Assembly (NCBI RefSeq): GCF_009834535.1
Contig: NC_045697.1
Location: forward strand, 63,428,001-63,492,000
Source: Camelus ferus
Taxonomy: Eukaryota
DNA length: 64,000 nucleotides
Direction of reading: 5' to 3'
The notes below the pieces were generated by a model, which was not told where the DNA came from, did not search any database, and worked only from the letters and a program-made list of their open reading frames with translations. The stretch's first letter is position 1. Each line of letters opens with the position of its first letter. A program made the translations under genes and the position numbers. Shown piece after piece: positions 27,395-41,033 of the stretch.

Positions 27395-27900
27395 CTGGTT
27401 TTAATTAGAAATTGTGTTCAGCTACAAAAATAAAACATAAGCAGAAAATAACAGTAATTTAACACCAATCATGTTTATTCTTCTGCATAAAATAGTTCTG
27501 GACGTAGCAGCCCAGACATTTCCAGGGCTACTCCTAGAAATTGGATGGGACGCTGACTCCTGTTATTGTTCTGTTCTGTCTCCAGCTTCTATAATAAAGG
27601 CCACTTCAGTCTGGTGGAATTCTTGTTTTAAAGCAAAATTCCAGGTAGTAGTAGGGAGGAATTGGGGAAGGAGCAGAGAGACATACTCATCATGTGAGTT
27701 GCTTCATGTGAGGAGCCGCTTTGGAAACACCACGCAACACTTTCGCTTATGTGTCATTGGCCAGACCTCACAGCGAAGAAGACTGGAAAAGTATACTCCT
27801 TTAATATATACATTGCTATTTGAAATAACATCAGGGCTGTTTTACTAGGAAGAAGGGGGAGTGGATACTGACAGATGAATAACAGAATATTTCAAATACA
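27395..27900 (-). mobile_element. Old MLT1K/L-like LTR remnant
   Basis: tgtgttcagctacaaaaat...ttatgtgtcattggccagacctcacag...gactggaaaagtatact pattern of old MLT1 elements. Confidence 0.55.
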
Positions 27901-29526
27901 TCTCTGAGTTTCTTATAGAACTTTTTCTACCATTGACACAGCTATTAACACGTTTTTTTTCCCATGTCTTTCTATACACTCCACCCCCATATATCACATT
28001 ATTGTGCCCTCTCTGTAATTTGCATTACCATCTAGCAGTGTATTTTACACAATAGTTAGTCAGTAAATACTTTGTAAATTTGGATTCAAATGACTCAAAC
28101 CTACTAGCTTGATTCCATTAGCACCTTATTCTGGCAGATGCTAAAAAGCTGGAGAAGCCTTGTCTTCTTGTGTTGACAGCATTTCTGCAGATATTTTAAA
28201 AACAAGAAAAATGAACATAAATGGCTAATTTGCCAACTTACATTTGAAAGAAAACCCAACTGAGGTATCAACACACTTTAAAAGAGTACTATTAGCAATG
28301 CAAACACTGTTAACTGTGATTTGTATTAAATAAAACAAAAACTTGATCCTCCTAAAGTAATTTGTGAGTAAAATGGCTATCAGTTAAACACAGAGAAAAA
28401 AAATCCAATAATACTTGCTCTCTTGACTAAATTATATGCAGTGTGGAACTTAACATTTCTAAAATATGTATTCCCATTTGACTCAGAATATGTTCTGATT
28501 TTACCTAAAAACCAAGTTTAAAAATACATAAGAAATTATTTAATATGAAAATATTTAATATTTAATTTCAAATGCCAAATTCCAATTCCAAATCATCTCC
28601 TGGTTTGTATAACTTTTAATGATTTCATTAATACATTTGTCTCTATATTCAACTCCTATACATAGAAATACAAGCAACTCTTCAAGATTTCAAGGCATGA
28701 TTCTTGAAGAATAACATGCATCAAAATAATCAATTTAAATTTTTGAAATGATCTTAGCTACTATGGTCTTTTTTAGTGTCTAAGTTTCTGAACAATACAG
28801 ATTTTTTTTTATGACATTACTATGTAATACATCCAGTTATTACTGACAGCTTTATGTCATGTGCCAAATATCCTCTATTTAAAATTCTGATGTACTTATG
28901 ATACACATATGAATTTTCTTATAATTTTTACAAGAATTGAAAAATTTTACAAATTAATTATATTCCCAGTTCTCATGTCAAAGTTTGAGCTGCTAGAGGA
29001 CAAGGACCACATATATATGTTTATATCCTCCAAAATACCTAGCAACATTCCTTTCATATTTTAGATTTTCAGTAAGTACTTAATAAAGTACTTACTTCAA
29101 AAAGTACTTCTTAAGTTTCACTAAGTGCTTCTTGAAAGTAAAGTAGAATGTCAGGTTAAAGTGATAAAATGAGGAACACAGAGGATGCTTTAATATATTT
29201 TTCCACTGATATGAATGTATTATTTAAACTAAAAATAAATTTATGAAGACTCAAATTTAAACCCAGATTAAAACTTTAAGTAATTTGAAGGTAATCTTTT
29301 TTCTCTTCTTACCATAAAAAAAAAATATTTTTTCTTTTATATAAAGATTTATCTTGGTTTGTTAGTATTTTTGTCCCCCTTTTAAAGTGGGATTGGTGAA
29401 AAATAATAAAACCCTTGTTCTAGGTAGTGTTCCAGAGTCTTGGCCACTCGATTCATGGAACCAAGGGAGCAGAAAACTGCCAGGTTAAAAGTGAGCACAA
29501 AATTCACATCAAGGGAACTAGTTGCA

Positions 29527-29656
29527 AGGGTATAGCTCAAGTGGTAAGAGCGCATGCTTGACATGCACGAGGTCCCAGGTTTAATCCTCCAAATAGAAAT
29601 AAATGAATAAACCCAATTATCACCCTCTCATAACACAAACAAAACAAGCCAAAAGA
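29527..29656 (+). mobile_element. Vic-1-type camelid tRNA-derived SINE
   Basis: agggtatagctcaagtggtaagagcgcatgcttgacatgcacgaggtcccaggtttaatcc (A box and degenerate B box), A-rich tail, and flanking direct repeat caagggaactagttgcaaggg at 29510-29530 and 29657-29677. Confidence 0.9.
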
Positions 29657-30286
29657 CAAGGGAACTAGTTGCAAGGGGGACTCTAGGTACACAGGCAAAG
29701 GACTAGCTGTTGGATGTCTGTTTCAGTTTTAACAGTGCTGAGCTGAGCCAGGGAGAGCATTAAAGAGGCTATATGGAGTTTTTCCTTTGAAATTTTGATA
29801 CTTCCTTCTACATTTAAATGAAAGTTGTATAAAGCGCAAAGTAGGCAAAGCTCAAAGAAGGAAGGAAGACTACTGAGTCTGCGATAGCCCCTATTTGTTC
29901 TATGAAGAACCAGCCCCTTTTTCTCCCATCAAGAAAAAAGAACTGAATTATATTTTTGTAGTTGAAAAAATAGAGATGTAAAATGAAGCAGAATTTTTCA
30001 TGCTTTTTATCTTTCATATGCTAATGGGGAAATTGCTTACTAATTTAAAATATATTTATGATAGAATAAAAAACATGAAACTTTTATATTAGGGAAAAAA
30101 TAAAATGGTTATCATCCAATATACAAATATTTAAATGCACTGATAAGTGTGTGATAATTTCTCAAAAAAATCCAAATAGATTGAATTCCATAAATACAAT
30201 TTAGATAGCAGTTATGAAATCTACTGTGCACCCTATACTTAATTTTACTAATTCCTACAATAAATGATTTTAACTATTTATGATGC

Positions 30287-30748
30287 TATGGCGGACAATA
30301 AATATTCCTTTCCTTTGCTTGTCTAAGCTCTTGACTAGAATCCCTGTATCAGACAGATTAAAGAAATATAAATTTATATATAAAGCATATAAATTTATTT
30401 AAGCTAAGCTTTACATGACATAGGCCTTCATAAGGAAATGAAGACACAAATAAATAATTAAAAACAAATGTTTTTAGACTAGGTTTGATAAAGAATGGAA
30501 AGCTGTGATATGATAGGACAGAGTCTGAGGTGAGTGTAGTAAATTGGGGGAAACTGAGCAATCCTGCTTGTGTCTGGGTCTCTTTTCTTCAGAGGTAAGG
30601 ATGCTCTTTTCCCCAGGTATAGGGAGGGCACCTCTCACAGGAACCTTCAAAGGAAGTTCAGAATGTCCTTCCTGCACATGCCTTTCTCAAATTCTTCAAT
30701 TTGTGCCAGTGTGTCATATTTGAGGGTGGCGTGTCCTGAACCCCATCA
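30287..30748 (-). mobile_element. MER34-like ERV1 solo LTR
   Basis: Reverse complement begins tgatggggttcaggacacgccaccctcaaaatatg; 4-bp TSD atgc at 30283-30286 and 30749-30752. Confidence 0.8.
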
Positions 30749-33700
30749 ATGCCAAACCAAACATGTTTTTTTTAGTGTTTGCTTTCCAACATGTGCTCAA
30801 TGATTTTACATCATTATGTTCAAGTCAACGGATATATATACTTGGCCTTTTTAACCACAGAGTGTTGTGTCAGGTCCTGTAAAGGATGCTAAAGTGAGGA
30901 AGATATAGTGTGTTGAATAAGAAAATAATACAAAAATACTATAATAGGTTGACTAAGATAGTGAATTGAAAGAAGTTTTGTCTCATGGTAATGGTTGGGG
31001 AGGATAAACTGGGGGGAGAGGGGACTTACTAACATTTCAGACTATGATATCTGAATTTTTTTCCCATTTCATCATGATCTTTTAGTACCAGTCTACATCC
31101 TCCCTCCTTTCTCTTTCTTTTAAATCCTTTTTTTTCCCTCTGTTAGAACAACTTGTACCTCCTCGTAAGTCATCTGTATGATCAAGGATTAGTCATCCTT
31201 AAGTCAAAGATCCACTATCAATATTTTTTGCTAATATTTCCAGACACCAACGCTTCCCCCAAACAGTGCTCTGTATCTTTCTTCTGTGCTTTTCCTCTGT
31301 ACCTCTCAAAACAAGCTCAATTACAGTACCTATGAGAGTGCAGTGGAATAATTTCTTATGCTTTTCCATTAGACTGTGATTGATCTGATGATAACTATGA
31401 TATCTTACTTATCTCAGAATCAGTTGTGCATAATGAATTGTCTACAGTGCCTAATTTATAATAGACTTTCAGTAAATCTCACTGAATGGGAAGGATAACT
31501 AGAAAATTGCATTCCGTGTTTTTAGGATGTTGGGTAATAGAAAAAGTAACTCAAGCTACTTTAGTAAAAGTGGGTTTATTATATAAATAAAACAGAGAAT
31601 TAAGGAGGAAAATAATAATTTCAGAAACAAAATAACCAGAACCAGTGGTTACTGGTAAATGCAGTTTCAAGCTACTAGGTCACTGAACTTGGAGTTCGGA
31701 AAGGATGCGCACAGTCAACTGTTGCAAACTGGTGCAAGGTGATTCAACAGAGAACTTCTGGCAAACTGGAAAATCATCACCGTCTAGTACTCACTGTGGT
31801 TCTCGTGGTCTGATGTTGAACAGTCACCACATAGTCTGCCATGCTCTTTACTCTTCCTCTTCTGTGCTGCTTTTCCTTACCTGTTTTGTCTTCTCCACTA
31901 CTGCCTAACTTCTCTCAATTTTCCTTTGTTTCTAGCCCATGACTTCTGCTTAGGATTGGCTTCTGTGGTCGTGTAATTCCCATCATGTCCTGTCTTCGCT
32001 GATGCTTGTATGCTTCTCTGATACCTAATACCTACTCTTCTACATACATTTGGGATGGTTGATATTCAAAATGTTGAGAGACATTTTTATTGATTTGGCA
32101 AGTTGCTATTTAGTATAAAATGCCAAAGTTAGTGCCCTCATGAACAGTCTCTTCTGATGCTTCTGCCAAGGTCAGCTTGAGGACCAAGCTGCTCCTACCC
32201 CAGCATCACAGAAACACCTGATATAACAAAACAACACCTATAAATAAGGAACTTCTCGGAAACAGCTATTGGAATGACAAGTTCTCTGATGTTTTACTTT
32301 GTATGTATAGCCTTTCTGTGAGAGAGGAACTTCAGGGTAGACTGTACCTTTATCAAGGACAGAGAAGACCTGGTGCCGGAATTTACAAATCTCTATGATA
32401 CTAGTGTTTTCATATGTACAAAATACTATTGAAATAATCTGGTTGCACAAAATAATGAATTTTCCTATAAACTTGATCTCATGGTTATAAATTGTAATTG
32501 CTTTTTCCTAAATGTCCACATACTACCTTTAAATTTAAGTCAAGGAGAAAACCTGAATTCATGAATTTCTGAAACATCTTGGAAAAGTGAAACTATGATC
32601 TATACATAAACATTATTAAGCCTATTAAATACTAAGCATTTCTAAATGTATATATATCTTATATAAATATGTATTTAATTGTATGTACATATAAATGTAT
32701 TAAGTGTATATATACACATAAGTGAATTAAATGTGTATATATGTATGTATATTTCTATTCAGAAATAGAAAATCTGTGTCTTTATACACAAAACAGATTT
32801 AATTCTTTTCAACATTCTCTTTACCACCACTATACATACACCACAAATGTGTATTAGTAAAAAAGCAATGATGAATAGACCAAGAGCAAACTTAGCTGAT
32901 TTCACAAATTTAAAAAAAGGTCAGCAGTTTAAGTTAGAGAAAAGTACACTTTAATGTTTAAAATAGCTGTATAGAACTACTTAAATGTCATAATATGAAT
33001 TTTCTTTAAGATTATTATGTTCTAATATTATAAAAGATTATAAATGAAGTATAAATAGTTCACTAAGAAACCTTATAAATATGGATTTGTTTAGTCTTAC
33101 TATGAGGATAATGTACCAAGCTAAAGTGGTCTTTCAAGCAGTAATTATTGGCTATTTAGAATAAGACATGCTGATGTATAGTGAATAAATTAGTAAATGA
33201 AGTAATATAGGCTGCTTTTGGGGTGAAAAAGTGACTGTAATTTTAACCAGAAAACTACTTTAAAATATACTCAAGTTAAAATTTTATGCTCACTTACAAT
33301 ATGAATGCTGACTTTACATTATTTCATTCTTTTTTTCACATATGACTTAATGCTACTATTAATAAGATTTTTACCATTAACATCTAGAAGGGGCAGATGT
33401 GAGATCATATATATTTCCCTATCATATAAAACTGGCACTCTTCTTCAGTAATTTGAATTGTTATCTTGTCATTCTGGATCTTTTACAACATTTATTATCA
33501 TAGTTATCCAATTAATATATTGTTAACTATTGACATTTGAAAAATGACTAAAAGTAAACTTGATAATACTGTTTCTAATTCATTTAAGACAATGAACAAG
33601 TACTTTGTTTGACTTATTATTGGCAAACTATTGATAATAGCCAATTAGTAAAAAAAAAACTAGCAGACTTTCAATTTAAAAAAAAATTACAGTTTAAACA

Positions 33701-33829
33701 AATAGAAATGTTCTATCCCTTTAAGGAACAGAATGTTCTTGTGAATAAAAAGACAGGGTTTTAGAAATAGATCTAGGTTGAATCCTTGCTCTATTTCTTG
33801 TTTTGTGCCTACAGATAAGTTTGTTTATA

Positions 33830-34085
33830 TATTCACTCACTTATGAAGGAGTTCTATGCCTGAGGATATAAAATTAATAAGTCAGACAAGATCTCTGTCC
33901 TCATGAAACCTTCCGTTTTCGTGAATACAAACAGTAAACAAATACTCATAGTGTGAAGTATAGAGAACTTCAGCAATAAAGAGCAGAGGGTGCTTAATCT
34001 GTTTTCATAATCAGAAAGCCCTGAAGAAAGTGGTGTTTAAGCTGACATTGAAGGAACAATAAGAATTAGCTGCATGAATCCGAAT
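33830..34085 (-). mobile_element. L2 fragment flanked by MIR-like pieces
   Basis: cagacaagatctctgtcctcatgaa...ctgaagaaagtggtgtttaagctgacattgaagga...aattagc. Confidence 0.55.
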
Positions 34086-35373
34086 ATGTGAAATGACCAA
34101 TAACAACACCTAGTTTATAAGGCTCTGTAAATTAAGTTTAAATGACACATGTAAAGCCCCCAGCACAGTTCCCTGTCACGTGGTAGTTGCTCTGTTGTTA
34201 CTGACTATAGTTAGACTCTCTGCCCACACACTTGTACAGTACCTTAGGGTTTCACCTATGGTAGCAATTATCTAATTGTGCTTTAGCTCTTTATTTTAAA
34301 AAATCACTGTACCATAATACTCTAAAGTCAATGATACCAGCAATTTTATCTTATTCATCTTTGTGTCTTTATCTGATGACACTACTTGGAATTTAACAGG
34401 TGCCTGATGAATATTTTGTAAGAAATAAGAAGATAAATGAATGGGGGAAACACAGAGTTTAGCCATCAATTGGGAAGTCAAATTTTATGACTAGAGAATC
34501 ATTCAGTGAATAAATAATGTAGTTATAGCTTGCTACATCATATCTCCTGTCCTCCTAATTATCAGATGGGTATGTATAATTTCCAACTAATCAACTCTCC
34601 AGTTGCCAATGTTTTCCAAGAAGATAATTTAAAATGACAACAACAATGCACGTATTTAGTCTGTTGGGTCTGAAGAAGGCCATTTTCATGACTCAGCATC
34701 TATAAACATTATCCTAAATTGAGATTGAATTGGGAAAGAAACTGATGCAGAGCTTCCTTAATAGCAGTACCTTGACTTGGGGCATCATTAAATAACTGAA
34801 TTTAAAAGATAGGCTCACTGATTTTCCTTCCAGTTCTTTTTGAGAATTGCAGGTTAGAGATGAAGTGAATTTTAGACTGTTGTCAACAGTCAGAATGAGA
34901 GGAGATGGGTCACAACAAGAGAAGACACCAAAGCATCAGTCATTTCACAAGGAAACTAAGAATAATCAAGAAGTAGTCAAATTATAGTCAAATAATTGTT
35001 CTAGAAGGCTAGGGGATACAAAAACATATAAAGAGAGTAATTTCAAAAACTACCTACATATGTTTAACATTTTAAACTTTAGTTACATGAAAACTTCACT
35101 TGTGGCTTCTTCCTAGTCTGAATCACTCTCTGTGCTCCTCTAGGACTGCAGTAGCCTTCTACCTGTCTGCCTAGTACCATCTTTTGTACCAAAACCCAAC
35201 CAAAACAATTGTCTGTAATGTAGCCATAGTTATGAAAATTTGATCATGTCTCTCACCTCCTTTAACAAAAATTAATGACTTCCAATAATAGTTTTTCTAT
35301 AAAAGCCCAAATCATTTTTGTTATTTCATTCTGAAAAAAATCTATCATTTTTATAATATAAAAAGTTACATAT

Positions 35374-35838
35374 TGTAGCAGGCTGGAAAATGGCTCCCCA
35401 AAGGTATCATGTCCTAATCCCAACCTGTAAATATTATTTTATTTGAAAAAAGGATTATTTGCAAATGCGGTAAAATTAATGATCTAGAAATGAGGAGTTT
35501 ATTAGGGTTGATCCTAAATGCAGTCACAAATGTGATTCTGCGAGTGAAGTAGAAATTTGACCCAAACAGAGGAGGCAATGTGATAAGAGAGGACAAGGTG
35601 GAAGTGATGCAGCTGAAAGCCTCTGAATGTTAGCAGCCACCAGAACCTAGAAAAAAGCAAGGTGTGGGTTCTCCCCTGGAGCCATTAGAGAAAGTGTGAC
35701 CCTGCAATCACTTTGATTTCAGCCTTGTGATACAGATTTTGGACTTCTGTTCTCCAGAAATGTAAAAGAATAAATTTCTGTTTTGACCCATCAAATTTGT
35801 AGTCATTTGTTAGATCAGCTATTGGAAATAGATGTATA
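35374..35838 (+). mobile_element. MLT1C/D-like MaLR solo LTR
   Basis: tgtagcaggctggaaaatggctccccaaagg...cagccaccagaacctaga...agaataaatttctgttt...ttgttagatcagc. Confidence 0.85.
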
Positions 35839-35994
35839 ATTTTTTTTGTAAAACAAATAAATAAAAACAAGAGGATACTCAATAGTGTAGATGAGTATTC
35901 AAAATAATCTAAAATATTTCCATTCTAAGATAACCACATGCATAAATCGCTTAGATGTGTGAATTCTTAGCTATGCATCCCCTTACATCAACCC

Positions 35995-36500
35995 TACCTA
36001 GAACTCAGTGAGCTCTTTCAGTTTGCAGGCATGAGTCATTCTTCAGTTCAGGATTTATTATTTTTATTTTTTAAAAAAGTCATTACATGATTACAGTACT
36101 GTTTCTCTTTCATCTCTTCCTTTCCCTCAGCCTGGAAATTCTGTTATTTGAAAATTATGCCTCCTGGATTTATTCTCCAAATCTCTTATTTTTATGTGTG
36201 TGTGTGATTTTTATCTTTTTGTTTTCTTTCTGTGCTTTGATTTCTCTCTTTTGCTCAATCTTTCAATCACTAAATTAGGTCTCAGGAAAGAGTATCTTCT
36301 TTTTCCATTGCCTTGCATAAGTTTTTCAATATATATAGGTGTACAATATGTACAAGTTACAATATGGTTATTTAGTTCTAGAAAGACTATAGTTGAGTCT
36401 CAGTCTCCTTAAATATTATTGTTTTTCAAAGTGTTATCTGCTCCTCTAGCAGTTTTACTTTGACAAAAAGCTACAGGTTATGGTTGCTTCCTTTGTCATC
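35995..36500 (-). mobile_element. Highly decayed L1M/HAL1-like fragment
   Basis: gctctttcagtttgcagg...ttcttcagttcagga followed by pyrimidine-rich antisense-ORF1-like sequence. Confidence 0.4.
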
Positions 36501-39429
36501 CCTCTCTCTGGCAACGTGTTGCCTAGATTGCATTGTTACTTTCACTGGGGCTTAGGTCCAACTGTTGGATACCTTAAATTATGGCAGTCTCATGGGTAGT
36601 GAGAGGTCAAGCAGTGGAATACGAGCCTATACAGCTGGGGAGACCTGGGAGCAGAGCCATGGGTTCCACATGCTTTGTGCAGCTCCCCATGATTTATAGG
36701 AACCCACAAGGCAAACTGATGCATTCAAGAATAATATTACAATAATTTTAATGTTATTTAGATTCAATTCATTTAAACTCCAGTACGCATCCTTTAGAGA
36801 TAATAAGTGACAGAACTTCAGTTATTCACGGATTGTCCCATCCTCAGAGCTTTACAAATGCCCTAAGATTTCACAAATTATTTGGCCATTGGAAAGGCCC
36901 ATCTAGTTATTGGTAATTGGTTCACACTGCACCATATAAGAAATGCATTGTTCCAGTCCATTTAGATCCCATGGCCTTGCCCATTTCATGTCATGCTTGA
37001 GGCACAGACACCTTAGGAGGGATTAGAAGCTCCTCTGCCTAGGATGTAGCCTTTTAGGACGAGAGTGAACAAGATAGCCCTTTGGTACTAAGGCTTTGTC
37101 ACCTCCTCAAGTGATGCCAGGAATAAGAACCAAGTCTTCTCTATTCATGGGACCAAAATAGCTTTTATTCCATATACAGTAAGAATCACCTTCACTTCCT
37201 CCTTTTCAAATGTTTTCTCACTTTCTCGTTACTTTCCAATATCTTCAGCATTATCCTTTGAGAGTGTTTAGGACTTTATAAAGTCATAGAATTTTATAAA
37301 GGTCCACTGTTTCACATTGACTGTCCTTTAAATGAGCCTAGTTCCTTGCTTAAAATGAGAGTACACAGGAAAATAAATAAGAAGAAAACAGACCTTTCGA
37401 CATTTCACTAAGTTACTCTGGCTTATCAGAACATGTTCTCCTGAAGTATGCTTCCCCTCCCACCTGATTCTTCTTTTTCGGAGCACCCATCATACTTTTA
37501 GGGCTTGTGTCAAGCCTGACCTTCTGTGTAGATCATAAAGATCAATTAGGGCAGGTCTGGACTTCATACATACTCATTTTATAGGCAAATGAGAAGCATC
37601 TGAAGACATAATGTCTCCAAACAAGGTGTATGTCTTTTTTTGTTTGTTTTTAACAGGATTAAATTTGACCAATAGAATATAAACAGCCCTATAATTTAGG
37701 AAGTTGTTCATCTGCAGTTGAGAAGACGTATTGCTTGGTCCTTAAGTATAAACATCATCACTAATAAAGCTGCATTTATGGAACACACCAAAAATACTGA
37801 TTAATTTTTCTTTGGTGTCTTATGCCTACAGACACATCACTTGTCACCTAATAACGGTAGTTCCTGAGGTGTGGGCTGCATGGATGATAATGACAAGCCT
37901 CATTTAAACAGAAAGCAAAGCAGAGTATCAAGGCCTTGATATTTTCTCTAAGAACTGAAGTAGTTATTGAAGTAAAAGTGTAAAATTTTTAAATATTCAT
38001 TATAGCATTAACTTTTACAACTTAACCTATTAAACTATTTAAAAATGAAGAAAATTAATTTACGCCAGGTTTAGAAACTATTTTTCTTAAGTAGGAAATT
38101 AGCTGAAAATCCCTAACTCATGATTTCTTAAACAGTCACTTATAACTTGGATATTAGAAGCTTTCTGTTGGCCAGTGTCACTTCCTAATGCTTTAATGAT
38201 GACATTGTACTATTGATCAATATATATTTCTCACTACCTAAGAAACTGACCAATCATTTTATAAATACAAAATAATTTCCTTTATTCTATGAAATATCTC
38301 ACTGTTCTCATCTTCTTTGGTGGCCTTTGCTTCTTTCTTTGCCCAAATAAAAAGTGGAAGAAAAAAATCTCAGAAACCTATTGTGTCTGCGGCAGTCTCT
38401 ATAATGCCTCTGTCCAACTTTCCTTCCAATCAGGAACATAATTCTTAGCAAACATGTCACCAACTCACTTAATTAAGTCTCTCCTATGTTCTTAGAGGTG
38501 TTTCTACCTCAAGCCTGAATTGGCTTAGTATTTAACAACCTGTACAAGGCCTTTGGGAAACCTGTTTTTAACAGAAATGGGTTCTTAAATAGCCTTTGGT
38601 CTCCTTAAAGGATTCTGAATCACTGCATAAATCCTAATACATTTATTAGCAGTGCATAAATATGCAAATTTTAAACAGAATGAGAGATACATTTCTTTCC
38701 TGCCTCCCTAACGGGCATCCTAATATTGCATTTCTTTAAACATTTCTTGACCTATGAACACCTAATATACAGATACTTTACCCAAGGATCACTTCCAGAA
38801 CTTTGGCAATTAAGAAATACATCTGGAGCTCTGTTTAGTATTGCTCTGTACTCCTCTTTGTTAGGATCTGGGATGCAGAGATTTAAAGGAGAGATATGGC
38901 CTCTTCCACTTTTCCCCACTCCTACAACTTTCTTCTTTCTTTCTTCATTTTGTTTTAATATTTACTCTGCCAGTTACTCCACTATAGCCAAGGCTGCAAA
39001 GTCAATTAAGCCATGGTTTCTTTCCTTTAAGAAATTTCATTTTAATGAGGGGTGGGCCAGGAAACAAACTCCTATTACAGGCTAGATTGTTGAGGGTTAA
39101 AATAGGTTTTTAAGTAAATACAAAAAAAAAAGAGCATTGAATATAGACCAAGAGATTCCAGATTTCCCAGAAAGGCTAATAGTTGAGCTGAATTTTTAAT
39201 GATGAATGAGATTGTGCTAGAATACGGAAAGACCATTCTGAGCAGAAAGAAAGATGGTGGAAGTGTGGCAGTGAGTGCGGTCTGTGTGAAGTCATACAAG
39301 TAGTTAATGACTGTTAGCTGTATGGGTTCCTGTGAAGGGAGGTGGCTGAAGCCAAAGGGGTGGGCAGGATCACTGAAGACTCTGAGGAAGAAAAGGGAAT
39401 ATATATATTAAATTTTCAACCTCACAAAT

Positions 39430-39520
39430 TATATAGTACTATAGCATTTACTATCAAAAAGTATCCCCATATAGGCGGACCTGTGCAGTTCAAACCCATG
39501 TTGTTCAAGGGTCAAATGTA
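39430..39520 (+). mobile_element. Tigger2/MER8-family terminal fragment
   Basis: ggacctgtgcagttcaaacccatgttgttcaagggtcaaatg followed by TA matches the Tigger2-type terminal inverted repeat. Confidence 0.75.
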
Positions 39521-40714
39521 AGTTGATGAGTTTTGTTCATGTAGTTTCACCAATTCATGAAAAAATGTTCTTTATGTAAAATTTTTATTTACAACTCAGA
39601 TTTTCACGATTGTGTGTATTAAGTAACACCAATTACAAGGAAGGAGGGAGAAGTAAAATATCTGAATGCTCAAACAGAAATTAATCCGTTTTATTTGTAT
39701 ATATTACCTATTTGTAGTAAATTTGTATACAAAGAACATGAAGCAAATCATAAACAAAAAGACCTTGTCATTTTTGTGACAAATGCCATATAGTATTAAA
39801 ATTGAATTTTATACACACACACGTATTAATGGAGTTTAAATTTTTTTATCTGGATTCCTTCTCTGTGTTCACAAATTCTGATAGTAACTCATATTTATTT
39901 TCTCTCCATTTATACAGAAGTAGAGACAACTAAAGATATAAAACATTTATGATGTCTAAGGACCCTTAAGTTTTGTGCACTAAATTTTGTATGATGTGTG
40001 CTCTATACTCTGTAGTTTAGGAAAGCCAAAGCAATTCATCACTACCTTAACACCCTGTTTAACCTAAGATGAATACCTGTCCAATGTGATTGTACTACTG
40101 AGCACGTTGAATGCCATTTATCTGACTAGAGAATGCTACCTAGCTACCTCACAGATGCTCTGTGCATAATTCAGATTTTGAAAAAATGTGCATGATAGTC
40201 ATTATCTTTAATTACAAGAGTTGCCCAACAGAGCCTTCTGGATAGATTCCATAAGAGGACATTTAAAGAAATGTCCGATGCAACAGATTCATTGTTCTGC
40301 TCTTCTGTGTTGCTACAGTTGTTTTTTAAGGTATAGTAAACTTCTCTAAAAATAATTTAGCAATAGTGCAAATTCTCATTCACAATTCTAAAAGAGGCAA
40401 ATGCAGATACAGAACGATTGTTTTAAGTGGAAGGCATCATAGCATGATTGCAGTTGAACTTTGGATTTGCCATTTCTTTAATGATTGAAGTAATGTCATA
40501 GGTTTAAACAGTTAGTTCTGCTTTGAAAATTATCTGTGACCTTTTTTCTCCCAAGAGATCAATTGAATTTCAGTTTATTGATGCTAAACTAAACCAGTGG
40601 ATTACCCTAACTTAGTGAACTCAAAAGGCTACTTTTTTTTGTGAATGTCTTTGTGTGTGATGTTACCTAGATTACTGAGAAAAATATAATTTTTACAAAG
40701 TTGCATAATAGGTC

Positions 40715-41033
40715 ATTCATATCAGGCTACCTCTCTTGGACATTCTGTCTTACTCCCTCTTACTTCAATTACTTGCCCTTGAGAAGGTTACCTGTCCTGA
40801 GGCAGCCCTATAGATATACTCATGTTAGTGAGCTTGGAGAAGGGTCCTTCAGCTCCAGTTGATCTATATTTGAGGAGACTCCAGCCTTGGGTTACACCTT
40901 GATTACAACCTTAAGAGACCATAAACCCAACACCCAGCTAAGCCACACTCAGATTCCTAACTCACATAAAGTACATGAGGTAATAAATATTTACTCTATT
41001 TAATTTGTTACATAGCTACAGATTGTTAATACA
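40715..41033 (+). mobile_element. MLT1F/G-like LTR 3' portion
   Basis: cacccagctaagccacactcagattcctaactcaca...taataaatattt...aatttgttacatagc...aataca. Confidence 0.7.

Noticed and set aside
27471..27848. 125-aa ORF
   Set aside because: Lies within an MLT1-like remnant and has no recognisable domain.
29527..29590. tRNA-like sequence
   Set aside because: It is the SINE head: degenerate B box, A-rich tail and TSD, with no intact cloverleaf.
31520..32240. Possible ancient LTR remnant
   Set aside because: Ends and family could not be established by eye.
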